The notes beneath the pieces are model-generated. The model saw only the letters and a program-made list of their open reading frames with translations. It did no database searches and was not told the origin of the DNA. Shown in pieces: positions 12,447-25,100 of a DNA stretch of 64,000 bases; within the stretch, counting starts at the first letter, position 1, and the number at the start of each line of letters is the position of its first letter. This DNA comes from Lepidodermella squamata (taxonomy: Eukaryota > Animalia > Gastrotricha), in assembly GCA_047495785.1 (NCBI GenBank), contig JBLDXI010000019.1, forward strand, positions 558,001 to 622,000. Reading direction: 5' to 3'. The translations under genes and the position numbers were made by a program.

Positions 12447-15100
12447 ATGGCTGACGAAGATGAATTACATCGTCTAACTCGAACTTACACGCCTAGGCAT
12501 GATTCGAGGGTATGTAAATCCGCCGAACTGTTTTCGAAGCTCAAGCCACCAGAGCGATTGATTGAGGACGACGGCAAAGATTTCGAGCCAAAAGTTGCAT
12601 CAAGCAAGAGGACTTCGCAACCCCCCGTAAAAAAGGCTGCGTTATCACTGCCGGGGGCAGCCAGTAGTAGCCCGATTGAACATGGCGACGTTGCACCTCT
12701 GGATGTAGACGCACATTTTCTTAGATCTCTACCTGAAGAAGGAGAAGCCGAAGAAGACGGCGAATCCGAATTTGATTCTGAAAGCGACTCGAGCCCAGAC
12801 GATTTGCCGGAAATTGAGGGCAACGAAGCATTTTTCGATGCTCAGGATGTGGCCGGATTCGAAGATGCTGGAGAATTCGAGGAATCTACCAATGCCGGCT
12901 TTGATTGGTCTACTTTGGATAAGCCTGTTTTAGCCAATGGTCGAATGTCTTACCTGACTGTGTTTGTTCTGATTCTTGGCGTCGCTTGGCGATACAAGTT
13001 ACCTTGGGTAGCCATAATCGAAATTCTGAAGATAATTGACGGCGTTATTGGAGCGCATTTTTTCGAAGATACTATTGCATCGAAAGGCCGACTTCTTCGC
13101 CGGTTGGTTGACACTCAGTCGATGATCAAGTTCATTAGCTGCAAGTGTGGAAAGATGTCATCCGTGAAGAATGAATGGGAAGCCATTGCTAAATGTTCCT
13201 GCAAGAAAATTGGCCACGGAGTTTCTTACGATTTGGCGAAATTTGTTAATTTTGTAGCCGATCGAATTTCAATTCAGAAAGGTGTCAAAAGTATTATTCT
13301 CAATACTCAGTGGTTTTACGACGGCATTTCACCGTATCGCAGGCAAGTATGGCTTCTGATCGTTCGATTTGAAGGCATTCCTTATAAATTCTTACATACC
13401 ATCTGGGTTGGCACCACGCATCCGTGTAAATTCGTTCTGAAACATTTCGTTCAACAAATGAAAAAATACTGCTCGTCTGGCATCGAACTCGCTAACGGAG
13501 TCCGCGTCAAACTGGCTCATCAGTTCGGAGTTTGTGATAGCCCGGCTAAGGCCATGACCTTAATGATCAAGCACCATGGCGGCTATTTCCCATGCCCGTT
13601 TTGCTTTGTCGAGGGGAAGAATTTATCAATCGGTGATTCCGATTCCGTCGAGGGTGTTGAGAAGAAAAAGAAGAAAAAGAAGTCGAAGCGAATTTATCCA
13701 AATCAGCTGAACAAGAAGCCATACCCCAAGCGTACCCGTGCCTCTTACGAAATGGCTGCCAAGCTGGCTGAGCAAACGAAAACTGCTCAAAAGGGAGTCT
13801 TGGGTGAGGCTCTTGTACTCGATATTCCTGAATTCGATCCTGCAACTGGTCTTCCGATAGACTACATGCACACTGTAAGCTTTAATTTAAAAATAAACAA
13901 TAAAAATGCATAATTCATCATTTATAGAAATTCATTTTTTACAATTTTTGTTTGATCGAATTTAAACTTGATGTGATTTAGGTTTGTCTCGGCATTGTGA
14001 AATATTTGATTTGTGAGATATGGTTCAAAGCATCTTCCGCTTACTATGTGAAAAATTGGCGCATCATCGACAACTGTTTGACCAGCAACGTTGCCATGGG
14101 CAGTGACCCGGTCAGGGCGGTTTTGGACATTTGTAATAACGACCGGATCAACAAGGACTGGCACGCGCAGGACTACAGGACCTTTCTGCTCGGTCATGGG
14201 GCGGTTTTGATGCAGTCATTTCTTCCTGTAGAAGAGGGCGAAAATTTCATGCTGCTGCGCGATGTCGTCTACGAAGCTCTCAAGGACGATTTCGATATCG
14301 ACTTCATCGAAAAGAAGGCATCGAAATGGGTCCACGATTACGAGGCGTTGTACGGCGAGGCAGCAATGACCTTCAACGTGCATGTTTTTGGTCATCACGT
14401 TGCTGATTGCGTGCGGAAACATGGGCCGCTCTACAAATATTCGAGTTTCACTTTCGAATCCTACCTTGGGGTCGTCACAAGGCAATTGCAGACGGCTGGC
14501 TCTATTGACGTACAGCTTGTCAACAGATTTGCCATGGTTGATTTCATGCGAATGTGGCTGCAAGACGACTGGCTTCAGCCTGTTGGTGCGTCGGTAGGCT
14601 GGTCTTTAGAGACCAGTAAAGTCATACTCTCATATTTGCTCGATCGGAGCTCGGAATTGCCTGCCACAGCTCGAGTCTTCAATGGCGAGAATCCGGAGGA
14701 GACAGCTGTTTTGTGCGGTCAGCAATTCAACTGCAAGTCGCCTTCAGGCGAGGCTGTCGTTGCCTTCCCTAAGCTGAATGTCAAAGTGGTTGCCAGTCTT
14801 GCCAAGTCTCTCACTTACGCAGCTGACATGGCTGTGTTCTGCCGCGTTTCCAAAATCTATGGAACGATTCAACATTTTTTTACCAGTGGATTTCCGGAAA
14901 AACTGTACATTGTTCTGAACCAAATGCATATTAGTCCTTACAAAAAATCGAAAAATTACAAAATTTTCAATAAATATTCTTCTCTCGTTGTGCTTGACTT
15001 CTTCAGCACCGAGCTAATGCCCTGCATCGCCTTTAGCAAAGATAATACTATCTATCTATCGCAAGTGCCAAATCTTCAGGAGTTGACTGACATAAATTAG
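12447..15100 (+). CDS. CACTA/EnSpm-type DDE transposase, two exons (12447-13874, 13982-15100), ~848 aa
   Basis: Motifs FYDG, CDSPAKA, GYFPCPFC, PIDYMHT|VCLGIVK across a GT-AG intron, FNVHVFGH, FTFESYLG. No stops or frameshifts. Confidence 0.9.
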
Positions 15101-15274
15101 TTTATAATAAAATTTCCTGTGTGTTGTCGTGATAAACCAGTTTTTACTCGTTCGACTGGCTGGGTCTTTTTACCAAATACCCAATTTAGTAGACGCCAGA
15201 GAAATAAAGATAAAGCGATCATTTTTGAATTATTTATATATCTTATTTTTTACTGTTCTTTATAGAACTTGAAA

Positions 15275-17908
15275 ATGCCAACTACTTGGAAGGAGTTTGA
15301 TTTCATTAACTCGCCAAGTTGCGATTTCATGCATTTTATTTGGTGAGTCTATATTAATTTGTATATCATTGTTATTATTTAATAATATTTTTAGCCAAGA
15401 AAACAGCTTTAATTTGCTTGAGGTCTGGTCTGAGGAGGCGAATCGGGCGCAATACCGAAAGGAAACCGACGACGTGGCATATTGGTCCAATCTTACGAGT
15501 GAGGTTGGTCATTTTTACGTAATTAAAAGATATTTTGATAATCTAACCTTGAAAAATTCGGTCAGCTGTCTCTATCTCCCTTAATAATTTTTCAATTCCT
15601 CTTCTGAGTTGATATGATGCTCTAGCATGATGAGACCTCGGCGAAATACGGTTGGAGTTTTTCAATCGGAATTAAATTGAAATTTTTGGCCATTTTTTTG
15701 AATTTTCAAAAAATGCCCATGGGTCATCGTATTCGGGTCTCCAACTCCCTTAATAATTTTTCAATTCCTCTTCTGAGTTGATATGATGCTCTAGCATGAT
15801 GAGACCTCGGCGAAATACGGTTGGAGTTTTTCAATCGGAATTAAATTGAAATTTTTGGCCATTTTTTTGAATTTTCAAAAAATGCCCATGGGTCATCGTA
15901 TTCGGGTCTCCATCTCCCTTAATAATTTTTCAATTCCTCTTCTGAGTTGATATGATGCTCTAGCATGATGAGACCTCGGCGAAATACGGTTGGAGTTTTT
16001 CAATCGGAATTAAATTGAAATTTTTGGCCATTTTTTTGAATTTTCAAAAAATGCCCATGGGTCATCGTATTCGGGTCTCCATCTCCCTTAATAATTTTTC
16101 AATTCCTCTTCTGAGTTGATATCCTGCTCTAGCATGATGAGACCTCGGCGAAATACGGTTGGAGTTTTTCAATCGGAATTAAATTGAAATTTTTGGCCAT
16201 TTCAAGTGCTCAAGTGCTCAAGTGGTATCAAGTGCTGGGGAAAGGTGCCGGGTTATTTTTCTCCGAAATAAGCCGACTGGTTCCGTAACTGCTCTTCAAT
16301 TTAGCCAGCTCAGGTCATACCATTCGTATCTCGTAAAGTTCAAATGACCTTCCTTAGCAGCGATATAAAGAGCCGAGAACTATGCGGTGGAAAATCTACA
16401 CTAGTTGAATACAATTTGATGACAATTTGTTTGAAGCCGAAGATTATAAGAAAATACAGCATTGGCTTAGAAAAAATCGCCTGCTCCCGGCAGGACAAAT
16501 ACCGGCAAATTATGTAGCAGATTATGAAACTATACTTTCGCAGACTCGTTTTGAGGCGAAAAGGCTACGATTTTGTCCAGAAAAGCATTGTCTTCAAAGG
16601 CAGCAGAAATCGGCACGACTTCTCGTAATAGACAACGCTGGAGGCGACCTCGGCGATTTTCTCAGGCAAGACAGCGTTCAGGATTTTTTGATCCTGTTTC
16701 CCATCGTTCGCAACCAAAAGAATTGTCGCGGCAGGGTGCTAAGTATCAAAAGAATGCAGTTCAGCTTACAGTACTATAGGTGCAGAAGATCTTATCATCC
16801 TCGTTTACGGGCAACGCGATTGACGACGTTCAGCCTAGCCTTTTCAGCCATTCGCTAACGAACGTGTTCATAATGCCTTCGGGTTGATATTGATTCGAAC
16901 GAGCGTTCTTGAAATCGTCCAGCTTTGCAGCGAGTGATTTCATATGGGTTATGAGCGAAAAGATTAGCCGGATGTTTAGGGATGGTAGACTTCTGCTTCG
17001 AATTGAAATATTTGAATGCATCAACATTGTTAACCTTTTCATGTCATGCCTCTCAGATTTCGACTTCGAAATTTTTATCACTAGTAATTTTATATTGCAA
17101 AGCAATTCAAAACATCTCAATGTCACATTTCTAGTCTAATATTTGGAATTTTTCTTATTATAGGCCAAAGAAGCAAATGGAAAGAAGCGAGCAGAAACCT
17201 GATGAATGGTAAGTTACCTTGAAAAAAGCTGAGATTAAAGAATTTTATAACTTCGTTTTTTCATCCAGAATGAGAATTACGATGAGATGGCCTCAATCTT
17301 AACCAATTTATTGTAGAATTTTAAATCGAATTTCGAAAACACTGCTCAAAGTGAACTATGGAACGTGAGGTAATCCATCCTAATTAATTTGAGAATTTTC
17401 AAACTTATTTTTATTAGGATAATCAGCCGCCGAAGAGGCGTCTTCCAGAAACACTAACAGCCCCGAAAAATAGCTTTCGCCGACCGCCTAGTCCGCTCAC
17501 CGAGGATCAATTGGGTATTGTTGACCGAATTGTCGATGAAGTGAGTGGAAAATTTAATAAAAAAAAATTCAGCTCTTGATTTGGTAAATTTTATAGGCCG
17601 AAGATCGAATCGCGAGTCAAATCGAGTTCCATTTAGAAGATGCTCGAGGTACGATCGACGAAGCAGCAGAAAATTGCGTAGAAACCCTGCTCGATCAGCA
17701 CAACTGGCCGCTGTTTCGTGACAGCATAATCGCGGAGGTGAAGGACGACGTAATCAACGCTGTTGCTGCTGAAATAAAGGAGGAAGTCGTTCATCAGCTG
17801 CGGACTGCCATTATTGCTCTTGGAGAACTCGTCTTCGAGTTGTTTGTTTTTATTTCACATCTTTCCGATGTACAGCGTGTGTATAAATATTACCTACCTT
17901 TTTCATGA
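15275..17908 (+). CDS. Third spliced gene inside the transposon, unknown function (5' structure uncertain)
   Basis: Clean in-frame exons 17418-17540 (DNQPPKRRLPE...IVDE) and 17597-17908 (AEDRIASQIEF...). Candidate upstream exons near 15394-15502, 16544-16780 and 17164-17208. Confidence 0.45.
15575..16203. repeat. Tandem repeat, 169-bp unit, ~3.7 near-identical copies
   Basis: CTCCCTTAATAA recurs at 15576, 15745, 15914 and 16083. Confidence 0.95.
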
Positions 17909-20900
17909 AGCATATGTGCCATGTGATAATTATAGAAATATTTCAGTCTGACTCGATGTCTTGTCTCACCAACAAACATTGCTTATTATTTCGCCAAATT
18001 ACGCAATAAAGTGCCATCTTATTGAGAAAACGGAAGTCTCTGTTGTTTTTATTTATATTCGCGTTAAATTGATCAATTCAACTACTGACCGCATAAAGTA
18101 TAGTAGCATACATTTCATTACTAGTTGCTAAACCTTTTTCAGTACTGTGTTTTCAGATTGGTGCGGTTTTCAGTGTACCCTTCAGTGTATCAGAACTTTG
18201 GTTACCATCAGCCGCTAGCCTCATCGATCATCCGACAGCGACTGATTACGTGGCGAAAACTGCGAAACTCAAATCAATCAACAGGAAACGGCTGCGAAAA
18301 TTATAGGTAGAAAAATTTGATTTTCATCTCATTCTTTTAACAATAATCCACATCTTGCGATAGTCTTAATCGCAATTTCTCGAAGTTATAACCTCGTTAT
18401 GACCTCGTCACACGACGCTTTGCTCGAATTATTGCAAGTTTTTCGCCTTATCAACCAAATGCTAATAAGTTACAAGTCCAAGACCAACTTACAAGTCAAA
18501 AAGTCCAAGCCTAGCGGCTTTCATCTGCGCTTTCATCTGCGAGCGCCAAAAAGTTAGCCAACAATTATCCCAGTTAGCAATTTTCATTATAGCTGCGAAA
18601 GTTGGGGCTATATTTCACATAACAGTCATATTACCCGAACAAGCTGTTATCATACACAAGTCTGCGAACGCCGGTCGTATGAATTGCATATCACTAGAGT
18701 AGTATAATTTCACAATACTATCAATCATATGGTGTTCATATCGCCATTTCTCGCAATATTCGTACTGAATTTCAGGTCTTAGCAAGAATATGAAATTCAT
18801 ATGAATTTACATTGCAAGTTTCACACGTATTTTTGGCATCGTTTCCGTTGATATGACAGTAATATGACATTTACGCTCATTTTTAATATAAATCATGAAT
18901 CAATATCACAGCCATATTAATTTCATATGAATTAACCAAAAAAACATATGAACGGCGTTCGTCTGGGAGTGAGCGAATCAAAGCTCATTGGAAACACCAT
19001 TTATCGCATTTCAATCAACGGCGATTTCATCACTGTATGTTCCACCATTCATCCAATGATAACACTCCATTGACATTCCAGGTTGTTGCGACGTTGAATG
19101 ATGGATCGGAGTTGATTGTTTTGGATAATATGAACGCACCTGGCTTGTCAAGCCACGGCCCTTGGCGTTTCGGAATTGGACCGAGAGCTTATGACGTGAA
19201 CTTTCAGATGGCTGTCAATTCTATTGCTGCGTTCAATGGCGAAAATATAACAACCACGACGTCAACCACAACGTCAACATCAACCACAACGTCAACCACA
19301 ACGTCAACACCAACCACATCAACCACGACGTCAACCGCAACGTCAACACCAACCCCATCAACCACGACGTTAAACACAACGTCAACCCCAACCACATCAA
19401 CCATAACCACACCAAACCCAAGCACGACTACGTCAACCCCAAACATGGCATCAACTACAACCCCAGCCATGACGAGTACTCCGGTAAATTTCGATACTAC
19501 TTCAGCCACTGCGAATTCTACGAATGTGGATATGTCATATCCATCGTCACAGCCAACCTCGATGTCAACAAGTTTTATGAACTTGGATAGTTTCCCGAAA
19601 ATGGGTAACGAAATTTAACGCCATGCATTAGTATTTTTATCAACCACAAAATCGCAGAAATTTCGGGAAATATTTGGAGCATGGGAGCTGTTACACTTTC
19701 TGACCAACGAACTCTGCCGAACGATTTCTGGGATGCATTTCTTGAAGATACCAATTCAAAACTATTTAAAGACGTCGCTCTAGTCTTCGAGTGGACTGTA
19801 ATATATTCCAATGGAGTGATTATTCGTTAGCTGAAAATCATTTTTTTAACAGATTGAGCAAATTTATTTAGCAACGGGAAACTTCGTTGCAGTCAAGGCA
19901 ACGGTCACGAAACTTAGCAAAGGAAGCATTATTGCTGACTATATTGTCGCGTTGCGAAGCCTAACACAGCTATCTGAGGAGCAGATCCAGGAAAAAGTAA
20001 CGCTGGCAAGGCAAAAACTTGCAGGTGTCATTGCAACAAAAATCGGCGAAATCTTGAAAATGAATGTCAAGATAAACAACGTACCAGCATCATCTCTTGC
20101 ACCGACTGCGGCTGCAAGGCCGAAAATCACACCAGCTAAGACTTCATCAGCAACTTGCTCGTTACATTCGAATGCTATCATTATCCTGCTGCTAGCAGCT
20201 AAGTGATTGTTGCTTCTCTTACTATGTAATATTTGTTAAGTAATCAACATTGTGAACATTTTGATGTGGCTTATAAATAAAATTCTCAATTATTTATTGC
20301 GTGGCTTTTAATTCTAAATGCCTTGTAATGAATTCGATGTTAGTAAAGCTGGTAATACCGAGCTTGTAATCTTGGTTACAATGGCAAATTCCTTAGTCGT
20401 TCCTGAACATCCCACATTTGGAAACATCCGCATTAAATGGTCACCTTTTATTTTCTTAGAAACTGTTTACATTACTTCTCACTTCACCCGATGATGAAAT
20501 CATGATTTATTTCGAGCTGTCATTCTAGTCACGCTAATATCGGAGTTGGTGACAGAACGACTTGCATGGAGTTGAAACTAATGGCCTAAAACTAACTTTT
20601 TGCATCTCCGCCAAGTCAGTCGCGTGCCTGATCGCTAGAAGACCAGTGTTTTGTGTGCATCAAGTGGTACTGTCGCCCACCCCGCGCGATCGACGATTCA
20701 ACCATCAAGTAGTTGGAGTTTGAGTCTGCAAATCTGGCCTGATGATGATACGTGATAGAGTTTTGGTCTTGCAAACTGTTACAAAACTCCGCTATCACGT
20801 CAATTTTAATTTTTAGTTTATTTCCTACAAGGCATTCTTAAAGAACGTCACACTGGGGGAGGGCTTGCGTAAATGACTGGAGGCATGGAAGGGGAATGGG

Positions 20901-21712
20901 GAGTTGTGCGATGCCTTCTCGCGAAATGCGAAATCCCTGTTATACCACTCGAACCGTCTTGAAATTGTAGTTTCTTTCGAAACTACGTTTCCCCATATAC
21001 GATTTGTATCAGCCGAACCAGATGGTCGGCGCTGATGGCAATTCCTCATTGCCACTGCAATTACAGCAACGAACACCTCGCAAGTATGCCTTCAAGTCGC
21101 GATTTCGACAGCGTCGTAAGTCGTAAGCATCGAGCCTCATCAGTGCAGTTTCGAGCCTTGTGGCCGTATCGCTATCAGTTGAAACATTGAACCACATTTG
21201 ATTGCTTGACCAGAAACCAACGAAATCTAAACGCGAACGGCTTGCAAATCAGCAGGCCATTTTTCAATAATTATGCAGCAAGATCGTAGGCGTACAGCTC
21301 AATTATAGCTTCCTTGCCGCGCAGTTCGACCATCTCGGTCATCTTGCCGCCAAGCCTTGTTCTCAGTCGTCCATACAGCATCGTTGTCGATGATGGTGAG
21401 CACAGTTCTGTAGTTTGAATGCGCTTTTGCACCAGAGATTTTTTCCAGACATTAGACAGCCGCTTGTTTGCTCGAATCGAGAAAAATAGTAAGCCCATCT
21501 GCTGTTTGTTTTCAGCTCTCGATGATGGCGTGCGGTGCTGAAGCCACGATTTAAGACCAGAGTTGCCTCCGATTGCGGTTCAAATTTTTTTAGAATGACA
21601 CATTTGTTTCGCTTGTTATCTTGGCGGGTTGACTGATTCAGTTTGAGTAAAAGTAAATGGAAGCTTGAAATTTGCTACACGAGGTTTTTTGTTTTTATAT
21701 TCAATGCGATCA

Positions 21713-21763
21713 GTCACGAAATTTAACTACGGGAGACTCATCGCGGATTACATTGTAGCTTTA
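21713..21763 (+). pseudogene. Orphan fragment of the SEA exon (copy 1-like)
   Basis: Encodes VTKFNYGRLIADYIVAL versus copy 1 VTKFSYGSIIADYIVAL (2719-2769). Confidence 0.8.
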
Positions 21764-22128
21764 CACAACTCCCTTGTCCCATGTTCGGTAAAATGTAAAA
21801 TCTAAGAGCTGGATTGTTTCGATGCACTTTTCCCAACTTTTACAGTAAATCTTCGGGTTACCTGAGCTTGCATAAAAAAACGGGCCCCGCTCATTTTAGG
21901 CCCCTTCTTTGTCTTTCGCTTTTCGTCTGTCTATACCATATCGATCTATACCTCAAGCTTAACATTGTTTGGAAATAATGGCAATTGATTGTTAACGTTT
22001 ATTTGCCTGAAATAATTAGGTACGCAACTGACGTCTTCCTCCACACTCGGATTTTAATTGTATGTAAACCCAAGTTTCATAATGCAAAATATGCTCGGAT
22101 TTGGAACTACGATAAAGCTTGAAATTAA

Positions 22129-25100
22129 ATGATCTGCCGAAAGAGTCTGATCGCCAGATTTGGAGAGACGCGTATTAATGCTGAAGTTGAGTTAGAAAAA
22201 TGCGTATAGCTCTTTTATCACAGGGATTTTATCTCAATGGTTGGTGGTCGCGACTGCGCTACATCTGGCCATCCATATGCAGTTCTCAGTTGGCCAAGAA
22301 ATTGCCGAGCTTTCTCTCCCAAACGGCAACTCAAGTGAGCGTAAAACCACAAACATAATTATTTCCAGGTATTTCCCATGCGATAAGAAGATGTCGTTAG
22401 CGTCGTTGAATAACTCGGATTTAGGCTTGTTTACATCAATTTCAAGGTGATAGTTGGCAAGTAATTAAGTCTTTTTTGACCTCTTCCTTCACGTTAACAA
22501 CCCCGCTTTAACTTGTCACCCGTCACATTCAAATGATCGTAAACAAGCCTAAATCCGAGTTATTCAACGACGCTAACGATGTGCGCAAGGGAAAATTCCA
22601 ATATTTATTACGGCAGCATTTTCAATGTTACTTGGGAATGTCCTGCCTATTTTGCATTCTCATTTGAGTTTGAGTTGACGCTTCGATATTCAAGCTTAGA
22701 ACAAAATCATACCACATTCCTTATTATCGAGATTCGAAAAAGCATGAAAAAGATAACTTTGTATTCCCTTTTTCTTACCATATATTACTCATACCATCTT
22801 ACCATACCATATCTTACCATATCAAAGAACTGCGTAACAAGTAGTATTTTTTGTGTTCTTGAAGTCTCTGTAACAACACTTTTTCATTTCTTCAGTCGTA
22901 GGAAACATACTTTGGCAAACGAGGATGACCGCCGCATTCGATAGTGGATTGAAAACAGTTAAACTCACAAAAGATGAAAGCAATTATCAAACTGGAGCAA
23001 TTTGGTGCAACACGGTAATGATTCGTCTGTTACAATAAGCCTAAATTATGGTCATTTACAAGCTCAGAGTATCACATCTCCTCACATTCGTGTGCAAGTG
23101 CGATTTGGGATAAACATTACAACAGGAAATGGTGCAACATTCGCCATTCTGCTTGTAGATCGATATAAAACTGCAAAAAGTAAGAATAGCAGTTGTTGAA
23201 ATAAGATTCTCATCATCGCATGACATTGGTCACAGGTGGGAAAAATTTGGATGTGCAGAAAGATTCGTTCGTCGGGCTTGGCGTTATTTTTTCGCCGATG
23301 AGAAAATTAGCCTACGTCATTTATTCCCGAGTCGCGTTTGACACACTGAATGACGTATCATACTATTACGGCCAACCGATACAGATAGCCGAGAAGGGTG
23401 TCAACTCCTTTCACAACGGAACTTATTTGATAACCGTAGAAGTTTGCGACAACGAGTTGTCAGTGTGGATGAACAGTCTCGATGGTAGCAATCCCACAAA
23501 GCCTTTTTCCAAACTCAAATTGTACGCTTTTGACTCGCTTGTTTACGACTTACAGCTAGGTGTATCTGCCACGGGTTACGACACTGCCTCTGGCTATGTT
23601 GACGTTGCGTCGGTTACAACGACTTATCTCTCTTCAAACAGCAGTAAGCAACTCTGTTATCTACTTCGCCTGATTTTGAGATTTTAAACAGGCAAAACGT
23701 GGTCGCTGGTTGATAATTTGACGTTCGCTGGTGGTGACCCGGGTTAGTGATTTATTTTTCTTGTGAATGATAGGTGAAAAGCTTCTTCACAGCCAATTAC
23801 AACACTGCTGCGAAGAAAACGACCGATTTTTCGGCCCTCACCCCATCTGACAATTTTTCGCCCTCGAAAGGCTACAACTTACAACCTCCAACTAATTATC
23901 GCCACTCAGCCTTTTACTCGAAAAATGTGAGAAAGAATTACCCCGGTATGTCATTATATCATTTTTATAATCAGGTTTTACCGCAAGATGGTTCTGACAT
24001 ACGCGTGGTTTTCACGTTGAACGTTCAACGAGTCGATAATGGGAATGGCTTCACTTTGTTTATAGTTCCTGTTGGTTCGCCAGCCGTTGGCGTAAACTGT
24101 AATATAAATTTTTGGCTAGCGTATCAATTAGTTTTGATTTTTTTAATAAGCCACTGTTGGATTCCTGACTGACCCTTTACGCGGTGTAGCTGTCATTGCC
24201 GGCGGGCCGTCCAGGAACCATACCATCCGTTTAGTCCATGCTGACTCAGGTGGTTACGGATCTATGAATGGAATTCTTGCCCTCGTCAACCTAGCATCAA
24301 CAGTGACGGAGAGAGTCAGTTACAATAATACAGCTTTGAGATAGCGGTGCTGGGAGATTATGTTTCTGTAAGAAATTCGGCTGTAAAAGTCAAACGCTAA
24401 TCAGATTGTTTTTAGGTGACTGCTTATTCCCCTGGCAATGGCTTGACGATTCTGGCGAAGGATGTGCGGATACTTAATTTTTGGTCCATTAAACCATTTA
24501 TTGTTGGCGTTGGGGCTCACAGCTTGAGTGTCCCTAATGAGGTCTACGTGATATCTATTCGTGTATTCAAATCTGACCATACGACTGATGTCGACCCATT
24601 TCCTGTGCCAGCTGGGATGACCCGCCTTCCTCAATTCAGTTTCAACGGATCGAATTTTGGTATGAAGCAAATCTTTTGAGGCGTAGGGATTTTTTGCTTT
24701 CTTCTACTAGAAAATTGGATTATCGAGTATCGTCATCAAAATTGGACCAAAATCAATCCACTGCTAGTCCCGCGTAACACGGGCTTCATCCTACTGCCAA
24801 AAGACAGTGGCAGACAGGCTCGAATGTACAGCAAATTGGTTAGTATGAATACTTTCGTCCATTATGGAAAAATGCTACTTTTTTCGTCTAGAACTTGACT
24901 TCAAGTGGAAGCGATATCATAACTATGCGGGTGGCCGCAAATGTCGAAGCGGGGGCAGCTTGTGAGGGTTTTGCAGTATTCATAATACCGGCAGACCATT
25001 TCTACAATGCGAATCGTCCGTACTATAGAATGTGACTCATAATAATGATCGCTTAATTGGTTTATTTTAAATTTCCAGCGTCTTCCTTCTTCTTTCCGAA

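Larger units (their letters stand above)
7909..18967. mobile_element. CACTA/EnSpm (CMC)-type DNA transposon, apparently full length (11,059 bp)
   Basis: TIR CCCAGACGAACGCCG(G/T)TCATAT at both ends (21/22 match). 2-bp TSD AG at 7907-7908 and 18968-18969. Removing the element restores DLTVSESKLIGNT, matching DLTVSDSKLTGNT in copy 3. CATAT-rich subterminal regions. Confidence 0.93.
3571..20206 (+). pseudogene. Array copy 2: four L-type lectin-like domains + Thr stalk + SEA; disrupted
   Basis: Exon 1 ATG 3571 (MIYRNSLIVGFGET) splices to a hydrophobic leader exon; colinear with copy 3. In-frame TAA at 6851-6853 (Tyr in copy 3), transposon at 7909-18967 inside a coding exon, and TGA at 20204-20206 (Ser in copy 3) cutting the hydrophobic tail. 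Confidence 0.85.

Noticed and set aside
15575-16203. CRISPR-like array
   Set aside because: Units are near-identical along their whole length with no unique spacers, and the context is eukaryotic.
20616-21500. Possible degenerate MULE-like transposase remnant on the - strand
   Set aside because: Only vague resemblance, many stops, no TIR or TSD found; needs tBLASTn.
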